A stretch of DNA of 64,000 nt, from the NCBI RefSeq assembly GCF_001194135.2, contig NC_068990.1, positions 19,587,820 through 19,651,819 on the forward strand, given 5' to 3'. This stretch comes from Octopus bimaculoides. Lineage: Eukaryota. Made by a program: the position numbers and the translations under genes. The notes below the pieces were generated by a model. It was not told where the DNA came from. It ran no database searches and was given only the letters and a program-made list of their open reading frames with translations. This document shows positions 1 to 13,713 of this stretch, piece after piece; the stretch's first letter is position 1, and the number at the start of each line of letters is the position of its first letter.

Positions 1-990
1 TATATATATATATATATATAAAGAATATGGGGAGAAATAGGATATGTCGCAAGAAATGCACATACATATCTCTACATATACATACACATATCTGTCAGAG
101 GGCAGTTACACTGAGAGACACTTTGTAAAATCGATTGGATTCTGAAGAACACTGAAAAGGTAATAGTTCTTTGAGAAATCGAATCTTTAGAAATTAGTTT
201 TTCAATGTCTCTTTGGCATTAGTAAGTCGCTAGAAGTTTGTTTCTTCTTCTTCATTCTCTATCTCGTTTACTATTCTTTGAATGTGTTTTATTTATATAT
301 GTTTTTGGGAAATTGTGCTACATTTTTATCTCGCTTTTCTTTATGACGCTCGAAATCTTTTTGTCTTTTGTCTATTTTTTTTTACCTCTTTTTGGTTCAG
401 AATTTGATGGAGCCAGTAGCAAAGAGACTTTGTTATTAGATAAGTCAAGTGCTGTAAAATAGGTAGAAAAATTAGATTTTGAATAAATAAGATCTTAATG
501 AGAAATTTTCGGAATGTAATGGAACTAATCTATGTCCTATTGCTACAAGGATAGACTTCATTGTTATAATCCAGTGTAGCATTTCTTTGTTATAATGAGT
601 CAGGGAACAATAAGTATTAAATTAAATAAATGCCAGACAGTATTTTGTTTCGCCTCATCTCACAAATCCAAGTTCAAGTTATGTTAAAGGGCCAATTTCT
701 CTGTGAATCCGTTTTAAGTTTATGAATAAAAACAAGTGTTGTATTATTAGAACTTGCAACTCGCGAGCTCTCTCAATGAAAGGAGTTGTTAGTATAAGCT
801 TGTTCTGGAGTGTTAGGGGCTAACTCTCAGAAACCTTAAGTTGGTGATTGAGAATGTTAAAATCGATCCGTCAATACTGATTCGTCCTTTAAATATCAAA
901 GTCGTATCATCTCCCATACTTTTGCGATTTGCAGGATATCTAAATCGTATTGCAATATATTATATTAAAATGTGTGTGTATGTATGTGAG

Positions 991-1216
991 GGCGGTGAGC
1001 TGGCAGAATCGTTAGCATGCCGAGCCGAAGGCTTGGCGGTATTTCGTCTGCCGTTACGTTCTGAGGTCGATTTGGTCGAATTTGCCTTTCATCCCTTTCA
1101 GAGTCGATTAAATAAGTACCAGTTACGCACTGGGGTCGATGTGGTCGACTTAATCCCTTCGTCTATCCTTGTTTGCCAGCTCTATGTTTAGCTCCCTGTG
1201 GGCAATAAAGAAATAA
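991..1216 (+). mobile_element. SINE family B copy, tail type 1 (...gtgggcaataaagaaataa)
   Basis: Head GGCGGTGAGCTGGCAGAATCGTTAG and core tttgcctttcatcc...gtcgat..taagtaccag, shared with many copies in the window. Confidence 0.85.
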
Positions 1217-1683
1217 ATGTGTGTGTACTTGTTTCTACATGCTAAAACAATGTCACAAAAGAATTTTAGTCGGCGAAATCACCCGTAATGCTTACTTTTT
1301 CGATCGCCTACTCATTCTATCTCTTTTCCTGCACCGCTAAGTTATGAGTACATAAACTCAACCAGTTGTCAGGTGGTGGGATGGGGGAAACACAGACGCA
1401 CAGATTTGGTAGTCGCAAACTGAAAGAAGCCCGTCGTATATATATATGTATATATATGTATGTATGTTTTTGTTGTTTGTGTCTGTTTTTCCCCCCGCCA
1501 ACGCTTGACAATCATTGTTGGTGTGTTTACGTCCTCGTCACCTAGCGGTTCGGCAAAAAGAGAACAGTAGAATAAGTACTAGGCTTAGAAAAAATAAGTC
1601 CTGGGGTCGATTTATTTGACTAAAGATGGTGCCCCATTGTGGCCGCAGTCAATTGACTCAGACAAGTAAAAAAATAAAAGAAT

Positions 1684-1720
1684 GTGTGTGTGTGTGTGTG
1701 TGTATGTGTGTGTGTGTGTA

Positions 1721-1751
<31 letters not shown>

Positions 1752-2216
1752 GTGTGTGTGTATGTGTGTGTGTGTGTCCATCTATATAGCTGCGCGTATG
1801 CATACATGCATATATATAAAAATTCATACATACATACATATACGATTCGGTGAATACGTACTAAAGAATTATTGCTGAATTTTCCAGATAGCCTATGATG
1901 GGAAACAGTCGGCGCTCACTTTCACACACGCACACACACACACACACACACTCGTGTACGTGCGCATAGAATCTGTCTCAAGTGCACCTAGAATACATTT
2001 ATACTGATTTGAGGTCACATGCGTGTCTGTGTCGTATAAACGATTTTGTTTTTGTAATCCTAAATATTCAAACATACACAGACACACACATATCTACACA
2101 CACACACACACACACACATACACACACACACACATACATACATACATACATACATACATACATACATACATACATACATACACACATACATACATGCATG
2201 CATATATATACATATG

Positions 2217-2248
<32 letters not shown>

Positions 2249-2753
2249 GATAGATAGATAGATATGTGCATACAGACATCCATACATATATATAGAGATA
2301 GATAGATATACATATATACATACATACACACACACACACGCACACACACATTATGCATATCATCAAACAAACAACAGGATTATTTCCTTTGGGGCATTCC
2401 GTATTTGACGATAAAATAAAGGAAACAAAAATCGTTTCTTTGTGTTTTTTCTTTGGTTAACAGCTTGTTGCCCAAGAACCGAATAACCACACATATTTCA
2501 GACAATTCTGATGTCATAGGAAGAAGAATAACTTAAATCAAACTACTGGACTGAAATTCCTTCGATTTCCTTTCCGTGATTTGATTTCTAAATCCTATAA
2601 AATTTATAGTATTTTAAAAAATGTTTGCTCTATTTTGCTTTTAAATGTGTTCTAAAGTCGTACTTGTGTGTTTGTATTTGTGCGTGCGTGTGGCTGTCTC
2701 TGTCTGTGTATGNNNNNNNNNNNNNNNNNNNNNNNNNNNNNNNNNNNNNNNNN

Positions 2754-2802
<49 letters not shown>

Positions 2803-2956
2803 GTGTGTGTGTGTGTGTGTCTGTGTGGGTACATATATGTGTCTGTGTGTGTACAGAGAGAGGAGCGAGCGAGAGAAAGACGAAGAGGGGGAGACACAGA
2901 TTGAGAGTTAAATTCGTATATATCTCTTTGCAAATATCTGTATACAGTGTCAGTCT

Positions 2957-3005
<49 letters not shown>

Positions 3006-3200
3006 CATATATATATATATATGTGTATATGTATGTATATGTATGTATATATATGTGCATACATATGTCTGCGTGTATGTGTACATACATACACACACAT
3101 ACACTCACATAAACACACATATGCATATATACCTCCCCGAATACATATATCTAAGCATACATGTTTATGGCATGTATATATAGCTTTACGTGTCTGTTAA
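1684..3200. repeat. Compound (TG)n/(CA)n/(TACA)n/(TA)n/(TAGA)n microsatellite field
   Basis: Directly visible. Similar fields occur at about 4010-4560, 8380-8560, 22630-23830, 27700-27850, 35630-36030, 43750-43860, 46530-47170, 48980-50030, 50830-51600, 57170-57300 and 59160-59350. Confidence 0.95.
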
Positions 3201-3403
3201 TATATATTTGTATACGTGTGTTTCTGTGCTTGTGTAATGCAGTGTACAACCAAATAGAATGGAAACTAATACAGAATTAGTCATACTAAAATACGAACCA
3301 TTCCGATTTATTTTCATTTGTTTTCTCAGCGTCTTTATTTATAACATTTTGTTTACTGATCTGATATCTTTCTTTTCTCTCTTTCTCTTTTTATACTTTA
3401 CAG

Positions 3404-3601
3404 GCACTGGAAGGTATTGATATTAAGAAATACTGGAGTCCAAAACTTTACATTGAAAACACACTAGGTGATCCAAAAGAAAATATACGGCACAGAGTGA
3501 ACTTCAATGATAAAGGTGAAGCTTACATCGTTGAGAAACGGGTGATTAAAGGAACTTTCATGGAGAACTTGGAGTTGAATGATTTCCCATTTGATGTCCA
3601 A
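3404..3601 (+). CDS. Internal coding exon of a Cys-less (Pro-loop) pentameric ligand-gated ion channel subunit; extracellular domain from about loop A to the Pro-loop
   Basis: Polypyrimidine tract plus CAG acceptor (AG 3402-3403) and donor CAA|GTAAGC (GT at 3602). 198 nt, phase 0-0, translating to ALEGIDIKKYWSPKLYIENTLGDPKENIRHRVNFNDKGEAYIVEKRVIKGTFMENLELNDFPFDVQ. Contains the pLGIC WxPxxxxxN motif and the FPFDxQ loop, with no Cys. Confidence 0.9.
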
Positions 3602-4011
3602 GTAAGCAACACGAATTTATCTTTTGCCATTTGCTTCTGTCTTGTTTTTCCGCTACGACTTCCTTCCTGCAATTTTCCGATTTATATTTCTCGAAGTTAT
3701 TTATCTTGTTGTTATAAACGTGTACACTATTCAGTTCGTACTGAACTAAAAAGTGAGAAAAATAATATCATTTTAATGCTAGAGATATTTGTTTATCAGA
3801 CATACTTATATATTGCTATGATCATCCTTATTGATCGAAAAGAAAGTTGCGTTGTTACAAACAGAATGAAAGGCGCAACATGTACAGTCTTCTATCGTGA
3901 TTGTCTATAAGTGTCTTGTCGGCGATTTTAGAAGGTGTTCCACTGCTCGCTATGCGCAGATCTAATTTCAGCTCATTGTCTGACTGACGGAAGACTACGT
4001 TTGTCAATGTA

Positions 4012-4064
<53 letters not shown>

Positions 4065-4453
4065 NNNNNNNNNNNNNNNNNNNNNNNNNNNNNNNNNNNN
4101 NNNNNNNNNNNNNNNNNNNNNNNNNNNNNNNNNNNNNNNNNNNNNNNNNNNNNNNNNNNNNNNNNNNNNNNNNNNNNNNNNNNNNNNNNNNNNNNNNNNN
4201 NNNNNNNNNNNNNNNNNNNNNNNNNNNNNNNNNNNNNNNNNNNNNNNNNNNNNNNNNNNNNNNNNNNNNNNNNNNNNNNNNNNNNNNNNNNNNNNNNNNN
4301 NNNNNNNNNNNNNNNNNNNNNNNNNNNNNNNNNNNNNNNNNNNNNNNNNNNNNNNNNNNNNNNNNNNNNNNNNNNNNNNNNNNNNNNNNNNNNNNNNNNN
4401 NNNNNNNNNNNNNNNNNNNNNNNNNNNNNNNNNNNNNNNNNNATATATAGACA

Positions 4454-4498
<45 letters not shown>

Positions 4499-5395
4499 AT
4501 ATATGCATATATACATGCGTATATGTACATACTTACATTTATACGTATATATCTGCATATGTGGGCACAGGACGTCATGAAACGTATACAACAAAAGAAT
4601 TCGAAGCACGGGTACAGGGAACATGGACTATTCTTTCGAATAACGAAAGACACAAATGGAAAACAATACAAACATATAGAACGACCATTCATCAGTTGTT
4701 GGCTGTTTCTCTAGTCTCGTATTTCGAGCATTTAACAACAATATACGCTTTTGTATATTGTTGTTAAGTGCTCGAAATCGTGTTGCAGCCATCAACTTGT
4801 ACGGTCTATATGGATGTATGGAGTCCAGCAAAATTCGCTTCCCTTCACTTCACATTTTTTTATCCTTGAAATCAGGAACTTCCTTAAGCTGGCGTTCATG
4901 TAATTTAATTGTAGATAATTCTCTATATATTCCAGGCTTCAAAAGTATGTAGGAACAAGTCATTAATCGTTAAAAGATTAAGAATCATAAAGGATGATAA
5001 GAATTACACTTATAGAGATAAGATTGAAACAAGCACACGGACCGTATCGCTTGTCTCAAGATCGCTTTCTCCACCTCGTCTCGGAGAGGCTGGAAAGTTG
5101 CTGTGCAATGTACTTCTACATTTAAAGATAATAAACGTCTCGAGAAATTGAGGAAAATAACTCAATTCTGAATTTTAAAAATTTATGTGGATTATTATCT
5201 CTCAGCATTACTCCTCCTCACTCACTGATTAATCATTAGTATGTTTTGATACAATGTATTATTCGACTGATAGCCAAGTGGCCGATACGGAAATGGATGT
5301 TATCGTATCTCATGTAAGGGATAAAAAAATAATTAATTAAAACAGCACATTAAATAAAGAAAAAAAAAATATCATATGCACATATATAGGCCCAA

Positions 5396-5803
5396 GAGTG
5401 GCTGTGTGGTAAGTAGCTTGCTTACAACCCACATGGTTCTGGGTTCAGTCCCACTGCGTGGCACCTTGGGCAGGTGTCTTCTACTATAGCCTCGGGCCGA
5501 CCAATGCCTTGTGAGTGGATTTGGTAGACGGAAACTGAAAGAAGCCCGTCGTATATATGTGTATATGTATATATATGTATATGTGTGTATATGTTTCTAT
5601 GTTTGTGTTTGTCTCCCCAACTTCGCTTGACAACCGATGCTGGTGTGTTTACGTCCTCGTAACTTAGCGGTTCGGTAAAAGAGACCGATAGAATAAGTAC
5701 TAGGCTTACAAAGAATAAGTCCTGGGGTCGATTTGCTCGACTAAAGGCGGTGCTCCAGCATGGCCGCCGTCAAATGGCTGTAACAAGTAAAAGAGTAAAG
5801 AGT
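5396..5803 (+). mobile_element. SINE family A, full length (tRNA-like head, internal (TA)n/(TG)n, (AAGAGT)n tail)
   Basis: Head GAGTGGCTGTGTGGTAAG...GGTTCAGTCCC. The same sequence recurs at about 1400-1680(+), 13178-13713(-), 21731-21902(+), 24910-25150(+), 26270-26700(+), 28135-28550(-), 29210-29543(+), 37370-37530(+), 43000-43280(-), 43980-44250(+), 50888-51039(+), 55436-55794(+) and 62255-62580(-). Confidence 0.85.
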
Positions 5804-7105
5804 ATTCCTTGTCGGAAGAGTCTCGGAATTTAAATTAATTAAAATTAATTATACAAAACTGCATGTTGTGATTCTGATCTCTAACTGTACTTTGTCCACT
5901 CTGGTGATAATTTAGCCTCTTCAACGCAGATAGATTAACCGTTAATACAGCTCTTGAAATGACTAGAGAGGATATGTTCTACGAGACTGAACAGTGCATG
6001 TTTGATATTTTAAACGAATAACTGAACAAATATTTCTAAAGATATCTATTTTATGGACAGTTAATATTAAAAGGCGCCAGCATACTTCGCGAGCCGAAAC
6101 ACTATGATTAATGAATCTATACATACTAAAGAATTAGAGAATAAGAATGAGTCATACTATTAATATTTATTCTGGCTAAAAATGCAAGTGTGTCAGCCTT
6201 AGATTTTAACATGATTAACACTAATTAAAATAGAATGAAACGCCAAGGGAATTTCAATTCCAGCAATATGGTTTCTATACTGGATACTTTTGCCTCTATT
6301 AAACAGCCTTGTCCAGCTACAACTGCGCATATTATTCGCTTTGGCTTAAAATTAATAAGTAATATAATTATGGAATTGATCTGAGTATATCGACTCTCAT
6401 CTGAACCTCGGGTAGTTTTATTTTATGATTGCTCCATTGTGCAATAGCAGTTATTACCCATTGTTCAGTAGCAGTTATTAGCAAATCTGCCGTATTATTT
6501 GGACTTATGGGAGAACGGCTACATATGTTGTTAATCACTGACTTTCAGTTTAATATTTGAGTTTTTGTAAGGAGGCGAGCGGGCAGAATGGTTAGCACGC
6601 CGGGTAGAATGCGTAGTGGTGTTTCTTCCTTCTTGGCGTTCGAAGTGCGACTTTCACGGTCCATAAAATGAGTACTAACTGAACACTGGGGTTGTTCTAA
6701 TCGACTTATCAGCTCATCCTAAATTGCTGACCTTGAGCCAAAATTTGAAATCAATATTTGAGTATTTGTGATATATTCTTCTGTCAATTGTGCACTATAC
6801 TGTCCAATTCTTTTTCTAATTTTTCTAATACTTTTAGGTGTTCGTTTGGTCTGAGTCTTTGCTACGTCATATAATTATATGGTGTAGCCATTTTGAACGT
6901 GAAAATATGTTCTAAAATATCATTTAGCATGTTTGTGAAACAATCGTTTTTGCAGCTGTTTGCCAAGAGTATCGAGGGTCGCCCTTCTTCGATAATTGTA
7001 GTTCTTCTTACAATTACTCGGGAGAAATTTCCATTTGGTAATACTTCAAAACAGGCATTTTCTGAAAAAGAGAATTAAAAAGATGTCCTCACATTACGAG
7101 AGTCT

Positions 7106-7160
<55 letters not shown>

Positions 7161-7161
<1 letters not shown>

Positions 7162-7376
7162 CCTTTCTACTGTAGGCACAAGGTCTGAAGTTTGGAAGAG
7201 GGGGCTCAGTCGATTGCATCGACCCCAGTGTTTAACTGGTACTTATTTAATCGATCCCGAAAGGATGATAGGCAAAGTCGACCTCGGCTGAATGAAAACC
7301 CAGAACGTAAAGGCGAACGAAATGCCGCTAAGCATTTTGTTCAGTGTGCTAACGGTTCTGCCAGCTTGCTACCTTA
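7161..7376 (-). mobile_element. SINE family B copy, tail type 2, next to (AGT)n
   Basis: Reverse complement of the family B consensus. Confidence 0.8.
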
Positions 7377-7734
7377 GTGCTGATGATAATAATGGTGGTC
7401 AGGATGATAATAGTTATGTTTATCGTGATAATGATAGTAGCCAGTAGAGTTTGACAAAGATTTCAAAAAAGCAAATACAACACACAATTAGTGAGGTTTC
7501 TATCAATCACAAGAACATGAGAAATGTCAGACGTCTAACAAAAGATATAACAAGACTTTAAAATAAAATACCAATATAATTTCAATAAGAATGCAATCCC
7601 TAGCAGAACAGAGCATCTAGAATAATCCTGGGAAAACCTTAACCAAAATGTCCGTTTTGCACGGCCACTTCCTAAACATCGAAAGTGCTCTCTCAAAGCT
7701 TCTTTTCTGCTTTTTAGAAGCGCATGCATAGGAC

Positions 7735-8150
7735 AGACTCACCAGTCTTGCTAATCTCACCCATCATTCAATTCATACGCTAGAAATCAGCACCTCCCTA
7801 TCTATTCTTATCTTCCTTTTCAACTCGTATTTGAATACGTTGTCCGGATAGGCATATTCTTCTTCAAATCGTTCAGATTAACCCACTACAGAACCTCTTT
7901 CATTTCACCAAGCACAGGAAGTTTTGCCTCCTTTCCATGTTAAACGAAGGTGGTGCGCGGGAACGTCACTGTGCATTCGATGAATTACATGCGACTGCAG
8001 CTCTTCGACACAAGCTCACAGGTGGTAGCTAATGCACCGATACTGTACCACAGTGACTGTCTAGGCGCCGATAAGATTTCTTTAGACGACTTTCTCTTGG
8101 CGATATCTTTTATGTAAATATCTGTAGCCTTTCTCTTGATAGCGGATAAT
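7735..8150 (-). mobile_element. Highly decayed L1/Tx1-like LINE ORF2 3' end
   Basis: Minus-strand fragments MKEVL*WVNL and FKYELKRKIRIDREVLIS...WVRLARLV resemble, from memory, the C-terminus of mollusc Tx1-like ORF2. Confidence 0.4.
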
Positions 8151-8388
8151 GCTCACATTCCTCTCTCTCAAGAACTCAATGCCATCACGTTGACATTGAT
8201 TTACATATGTTATTTGCCTGCAATGAAAAAAACAGAACGTAAAGTTTACTATCCACGAATAGATTCTCTACCAACATGTGCAAGTAGAACGACGTGCGTC
8301 AAATAATATAAAACTTATATCCACGTTTGTATTACTTTCGATACAAACTTCATATATCATATTCTATATTGAACACATACACACACGC

Positions 8389-8452
<64 letters not shown>

Positions 8453-9777
8453 TTAAATGCATATAACACACATATATTTATATATAAACACATACACACA
8501 TATATAGATGCATATATATATATATATGCATCTATATATATATATATATATATATATATTTGCATACAACATCGTGTCTGTAAATGTGAGTCATGTTATC
8601 TAGTGAAGAAGCAATAGCAACAAAAGAAAGCGAAAGTTGTTATGACGGAATTGTCTAATGAATCACAGAACCATTGACAAGTTCCATAGTCATAACAATC
8701 TATCAACAGTATATGTCATAGCTCTCAACATGACATCCAATAACGCTTTCAGTATCAATCTATTAGTCTCTTTAATACTCACAGCTGGCATTCTATTTAC
8801 GATTACTGCATTTCTCCAGGATGATAGATTGCCGGTTTACCTGCTGAGGAGTCGATAGTTAACATCCTGCCATTGCCAGTGTATTTAACTGTGTAATTAT
8901 GCTGTGTCTTGCCATCATAAATAGATTTTATCTTCTTGGAAAATCTACTTCTAGACGTCTGTGAGCAAGTGTTTGGTTATTGTGCATATATATGAGGTCA
9001 AGTCTTCGTTGTTACAGAAATGAACAACGGCACTGATGACAGCTGAAATATATTACAAGGTGACTCAACATTAGATTAAATAGATCCTTGGTTACTCTGT
9101 TTAGTGTAATTAGTGGAGCATCATCCCCACTTTTACCTCCATGGTTGCACACAATGTTAGCCAGGTATTAAGGTAACACTTAATGCAAAATGGATACGGA
9201 ATTTCTGTAATATTTTCATCCTAATTTCTTCTAAGTATCACTTTATATACGCACTTAAGATGGTTTACAAAACTCCGAGTAAGCCTTTAGGGGTTTTCTG
9301 CTGAGGTAGCATCTGTTATCTTAGAAGCACCTAAATTATCTCAACACCCTGCTCTGTCAAGGTAAAAAGGACACATTGAAAATTATAGTTTCTAATCCAT
9401 TTTTTGTTACTGTCGGCCCCGAGACGTCTTTTAAGTTCTCTATCTCTCCTTCCCTTTACTCTTCCTGTCAAAATGATCTTGGACATGAATTGTGGCGCAT
9501 TGAAATTCCAAAATACGATAGCTTTGTGGATTTGAACTTCTAGCTTTTCTAGAACTACAGAGTTTGTTGACCTGTTTTCCAGCTGATTCTGACTAATTTA
9601 TGAAAGACCCTCTCTTATCATATAGCTCTAAACAGGTTGAAATATTTACTGGCAATATTCCTTTGATTGTATTTTGTCAGATATGTCCGAGCTGATGTTA
9701 ATGAGTATCATGGTTCTTAAAACTACAAGAGACGCTTCTTGCATAAGCAAAACGCCTGAACGAGAAATAAACATAGG

Positions 9778-9830
<53 letters not shown>

Positions 9831-10458
9831 TTAATTTAGAGACAGTGATGTATATGTAATACTCTGTCAAATCTACATTTTATTTTCATCTACATGTATA
9901 TTTGTAAAAAATTTATTTTGGAAACTCTGGTTAACAATTTACTACCAACAAATAACAACGTGATGCAGCTTCTTTCACTTTAATACGCCAACTTGTTTTA
10001 TCTCTTTGTTTTCCTGTAATTGACGAGTGATTATCAAGTTCCGCTTAATGAAGCCTCTTTTGAAATGAATAACATTTACTAAATTTATTTTTTAATGTGT
10101 TGAGTTACCGTATTTTGTTTATCAACTTTAAAATACTCATTCTCGGCTTAATCTAACACGACTGAGTAGATATTTTTTTTTCTCGAATTCAGTAATATTT
10201 TTCATATTATCATGTGTTTTCTAACTTAGATATGTTACTAATAGCGCTAAGCTTATGTTATGTGTACGTGGCGTATGTTTACATGACGGCAACAGTATAA
10301 CTGATGCCATTTGTGATAATCGGATAATATTCTTGAAAGTGTTATAGTTTAAAAACAATAAATACCTTTGAAGACTGCTGCTGTTTGATATTGTTTCAGT
10401 CAATGAATTTTAACTATTAATTTCTCGATGTTTACAACAAATAGAACAACGTCATGTA

Positions 10459-10518
<60 letters not shown>

Positions 10519-10551
10519 GTTGTTGTTGTTGTTGTTGTTGTTATTATTTAA

Positions 10552-10763
10552 GATGGTGAGCTGGCAAAATCGTTAGCACGCCGGACGAAATGATTAGCGG
10601 CATTTCGCCCGTCGCTACGTTCTGAGTTCAAATTCCGCCGAGATCGACTTTACCTCTCATCCTTTTGGGGTCGATAAATTAAGTAGCAGTGCAACACTGG
10701 GGTGGATGTAATCGACTAGTCCCCTTCCCCATAATTTGAGGCCTTGTGCCTTCAGTAGAAGAG

Positions 10764-10822
<59 letters not shown>

Positions 10823-12400
10823 GTTACCTTGCTGAAAAAATACTTAGCGGCGTTTCGTCCGTCTTTACGTTCTGAATTCAAATTCCGTCGAGGCCAACTT
10901 TACCATTATCGGGACCGATAAAATAAGTACCACTCGAACACTGGGGGTCGATGTCATCGACTCACCCGCCCACCTGAGATTGCTGGCTTTGTCTCGAAAT
11001 CTCCAAACATTACTATTAGCGTCATTTCTTGAGATTTGACATCCTGATTTCAAATTCCACTGAGACCGACATTCCATTTCATCATTTCAGCATCAATAAA
11101 ACGAGTACCAGTTGAGTTCTCTGTCAATATAACGGAATAATCCCCTGCCACAAAACTAAATCCCTGAGCCTCTAGCAGAAGGGAACTTAGGAGGCAAGCT
11201 GGCTGAAGCGTTAGCACGCCGGACAAAATGCTTAGTGGTATTTCGTTTGTCTTTATGTTCTGAGTTCAAATTCTGCCGAGGTTGACTTTGTCTTTCTTCC
11301 TTTCGGTGTTGATAAATTAAGTACCAGCTACGTACTGGGATCGACTTAATTGACTGGCTCCTTCGCAAAAATTTCGGGCCTTGTTCTTTCAGTAGAAAAC
11401 AATATTTTTCGTTCTGAGTTCAAATTCCGCCGAGATCGACTTTGCCTTTCATCCTTTCGGAGTCGATAAATTAGGTACCAGCTACGTACTGAGATCAACC
11501 TAATCGACTGCCCCCCCCCTCCACCCAATGTTCAGGTCTTGTACCTAGAGTAGAAAAGAATCGTTAGCACGCACGACGAAATGCTAAACGGAATTTCATC
11601 CGTTTTTACGTTCTGAGTGCAGATTACACCGAGGTCAACTTACTTAGTGTTTCATTCTTTCGCGATTATACTGTCTCCTTAAATTTTCCGGTCTTGTACC
11701 AAATTTTAAAACCATTAAAGACGTCGCGCTGGCAGAATCTATTGCACTTTGCGCAAAATGCTCAGCGGGATTTCTTCGGCATCTTTACAAGGTGAATTCA
11801 GATTCTGCTGAGGTCGAGTTTGACTTTCATCCTTTCAGGTCAATAGGATAAGTGTCCATTCACCACCGGAGTTGATGTTATCGATTTGCATCCTCTCCTC
11901 AAAACTGCTAGCCTTATGCTAAAATTATTACTATTGCTTTTGTTGTTGTTGTTGTTGTTTGTTGCTGTTAAGATGTCAACCTGGATAAATCGTTAGTCGA
12001 AGAAATGTCTTACGGTATATATTTATGTTCTTTAAATCCTGATTTCAAATCTCACTAAAAGTCAATTTTGCATTTCATCTATACGAGATCGATAAAATAA
12101 TATAGAAGTGGCTTCGATAAAATAATGTAGAACTGGCTTCGATAAAATAATGTACAACTGGTTTCCATAAAATATTGTAGATCTGGCTTCGGTGGTATGG
12201 TATCAATTGATGCTCCTGGCATTGTATCTAAATTAGAGATTAGTTAGTGCAGTGACCTGGCAGAATCGTTACAGCATCATAGAAATCGTTTTACGTATTT
12301 TTGTTTCGAGGCTTCACAACTCAATTCTAATCCCATCTATGTCAACTTTGCCTTTCATCATTTTAAGTTGATAAATTGAAATACTATTCAAGTACTTTTT
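10552..12400 (+). mobile_element. Head-to-tail cluster of about 8 full or partial SINE family B copies
   Basis: Repeated gagctggcagaatcgttagc heads and gccgaggtcgactttgcctttcatcc cores, all on +, some separated by (ATT)n. Confidence 0.8.
12095..12190. repeat. 25-bp minisatellite (about 3.5 copies) inside a decayed SINE B
   Basis: actggcttcgataaaataatgtaga-like units. Confidence 0.8.
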
Positions 12401-13177
12401 TTTCAAATTCTGGTTGATTCGTGTAAGATTTTAAAGGTATGTGTTGCCTTTTTTTGTTAAATAGTTACCGATTTTCCATAGAGGGAAAATGGTGTTTATA
12501 TTCCCCATTCAGAAATACTGGTGTTTATATTCCCCATTCAGAAATACTGGTGTTTGCATTCATCGTAAGTCAAGAGTAGAAACAAACAGTTATCTCCCTT
12601 GAAAGCCTTGATTCGAATTACTTGGTTTGTTTTACAATGTCTTTTCTCTTGTGAATACCGCTACTGTTTAGAATCAACTCATAAACATAATCATACTGCA
12701 GTTTCCCACTTTGTTATTGCATGATTGCTAGATTGCTTTAATTTCAGGTTGAACTACTTTTATATAAATAATTTCAAAAATGCATCGGTGTGATATGCTA
12801 TCAACTGCATTCACTAAACAATCCATGCTATATTTAATGCCTGTTATCTTCATGCAGTTTTCCGTAACGTTTCGCTTCAGCAATAACCGTTCATTACAAT
12901 CATGCACCTGTTTCCGGGCAACTTCAGCAATTACGCTTAGAATACATCTTCTACTAAAGGAGCAGCCAGGCTGGTTTCGAGACCAGCAGTTATAGTATTA
13001 TATATTTTTCGTAAATAGATTCTGGTATCTAATTTTACTTTTATGCATATTGCGTTGTTTCAAGCAATGAACAAAGATTTCCTTTCGAGTAACCTGTGGG
13101 GGACTTAATCGTAGACAGGTTAGTGATATATTGATGGTTGATGTCACAAATTCATAAACATTATTTAAAGCTATTTT

Positions 13178-13713
13178 ATTACTCTTTACTTGTTTCAGTC
13201 ATTTGACTGCTGCCATGCTGGAGCACCGCCTTTTTAGTCGAGCTAATCGACCCCAGGACTTATTCTTTGTAAGCCCAGTACTTACTCTATCGGTATCTTT
13301 TGCCGAACCGCTAAGTTACGGGGACGTAAACACACCAGCATTGGTTGTCAAGCGATGGTGGGGGGACAAGCCCAAATATATACACACATACATACATACN
13401 NNNNNNNNNNNNNNNNNNNNNNNNNNNNNNNNNNNNNNNNNNNNNNNNNNNNNNNNNNNNNNNNNNNNNNNNNNNNNNNNNNNNNNNNNNNNNNNNNNNN
13501 NNNNNNNNNNNNNNNNNNNNNNNNNNNNNNNNNNNNNNNNNNNNNNNNNNNNNNNNNNNNNNNNNNNNNNNNNNNNNNNNNNNNNNNNNNNNNNNNNNNN
13601 NNNNNNATATATACAAGGCTATAGTAGAAGACACTTGCCCAAGGTGTCACGCAGTGGGACTGAACCCAGAACCATGTGGTTCGTAAGCAAGCTACTTACC
13701 ACACAGCCACTCC
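13178..13713 (-). mobile_element. SINE family A copy, with its internal microsatellite collapsed into an N-gap
   Basis: Reverse complement of the 5396-5803 element on both sides of the gap. Confidence 0.85.

Noticed and set aside
401-462. Exon after a strong polypyrimidine/CAG acceptor (EFDGASSKETLLLDKSSAVK*)
   Set aside because: All three frames stop within 62 nt, and it does not resemble the expected upstream pLGIC exon.
3497-3910. ORF-track 137-aa protein as a complete gene
   Set aside because: Starts mid-exon at GTG and reads through the 3602 donor into intron sequence. The same applies to 47482-47847.
1612-4767. HTHT/CVCV/IYIY-rich ORFs here and throughout the window, including those spanning Ns
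   Set aside because: Translations of dinucleotide microsatellites and gaps.
5396-5470. tRNA genes at SINE heads (also 21731, 59350, 32915-33000)
   Set aside because: No complete cloverleaf or acceptor stem; each continues into a repeat body.
12490-12555. 29-bp direct duplication (also an 18-bp one near 35231-35265)
   Set aside because: Ordinary slippage duplications with no further structure.
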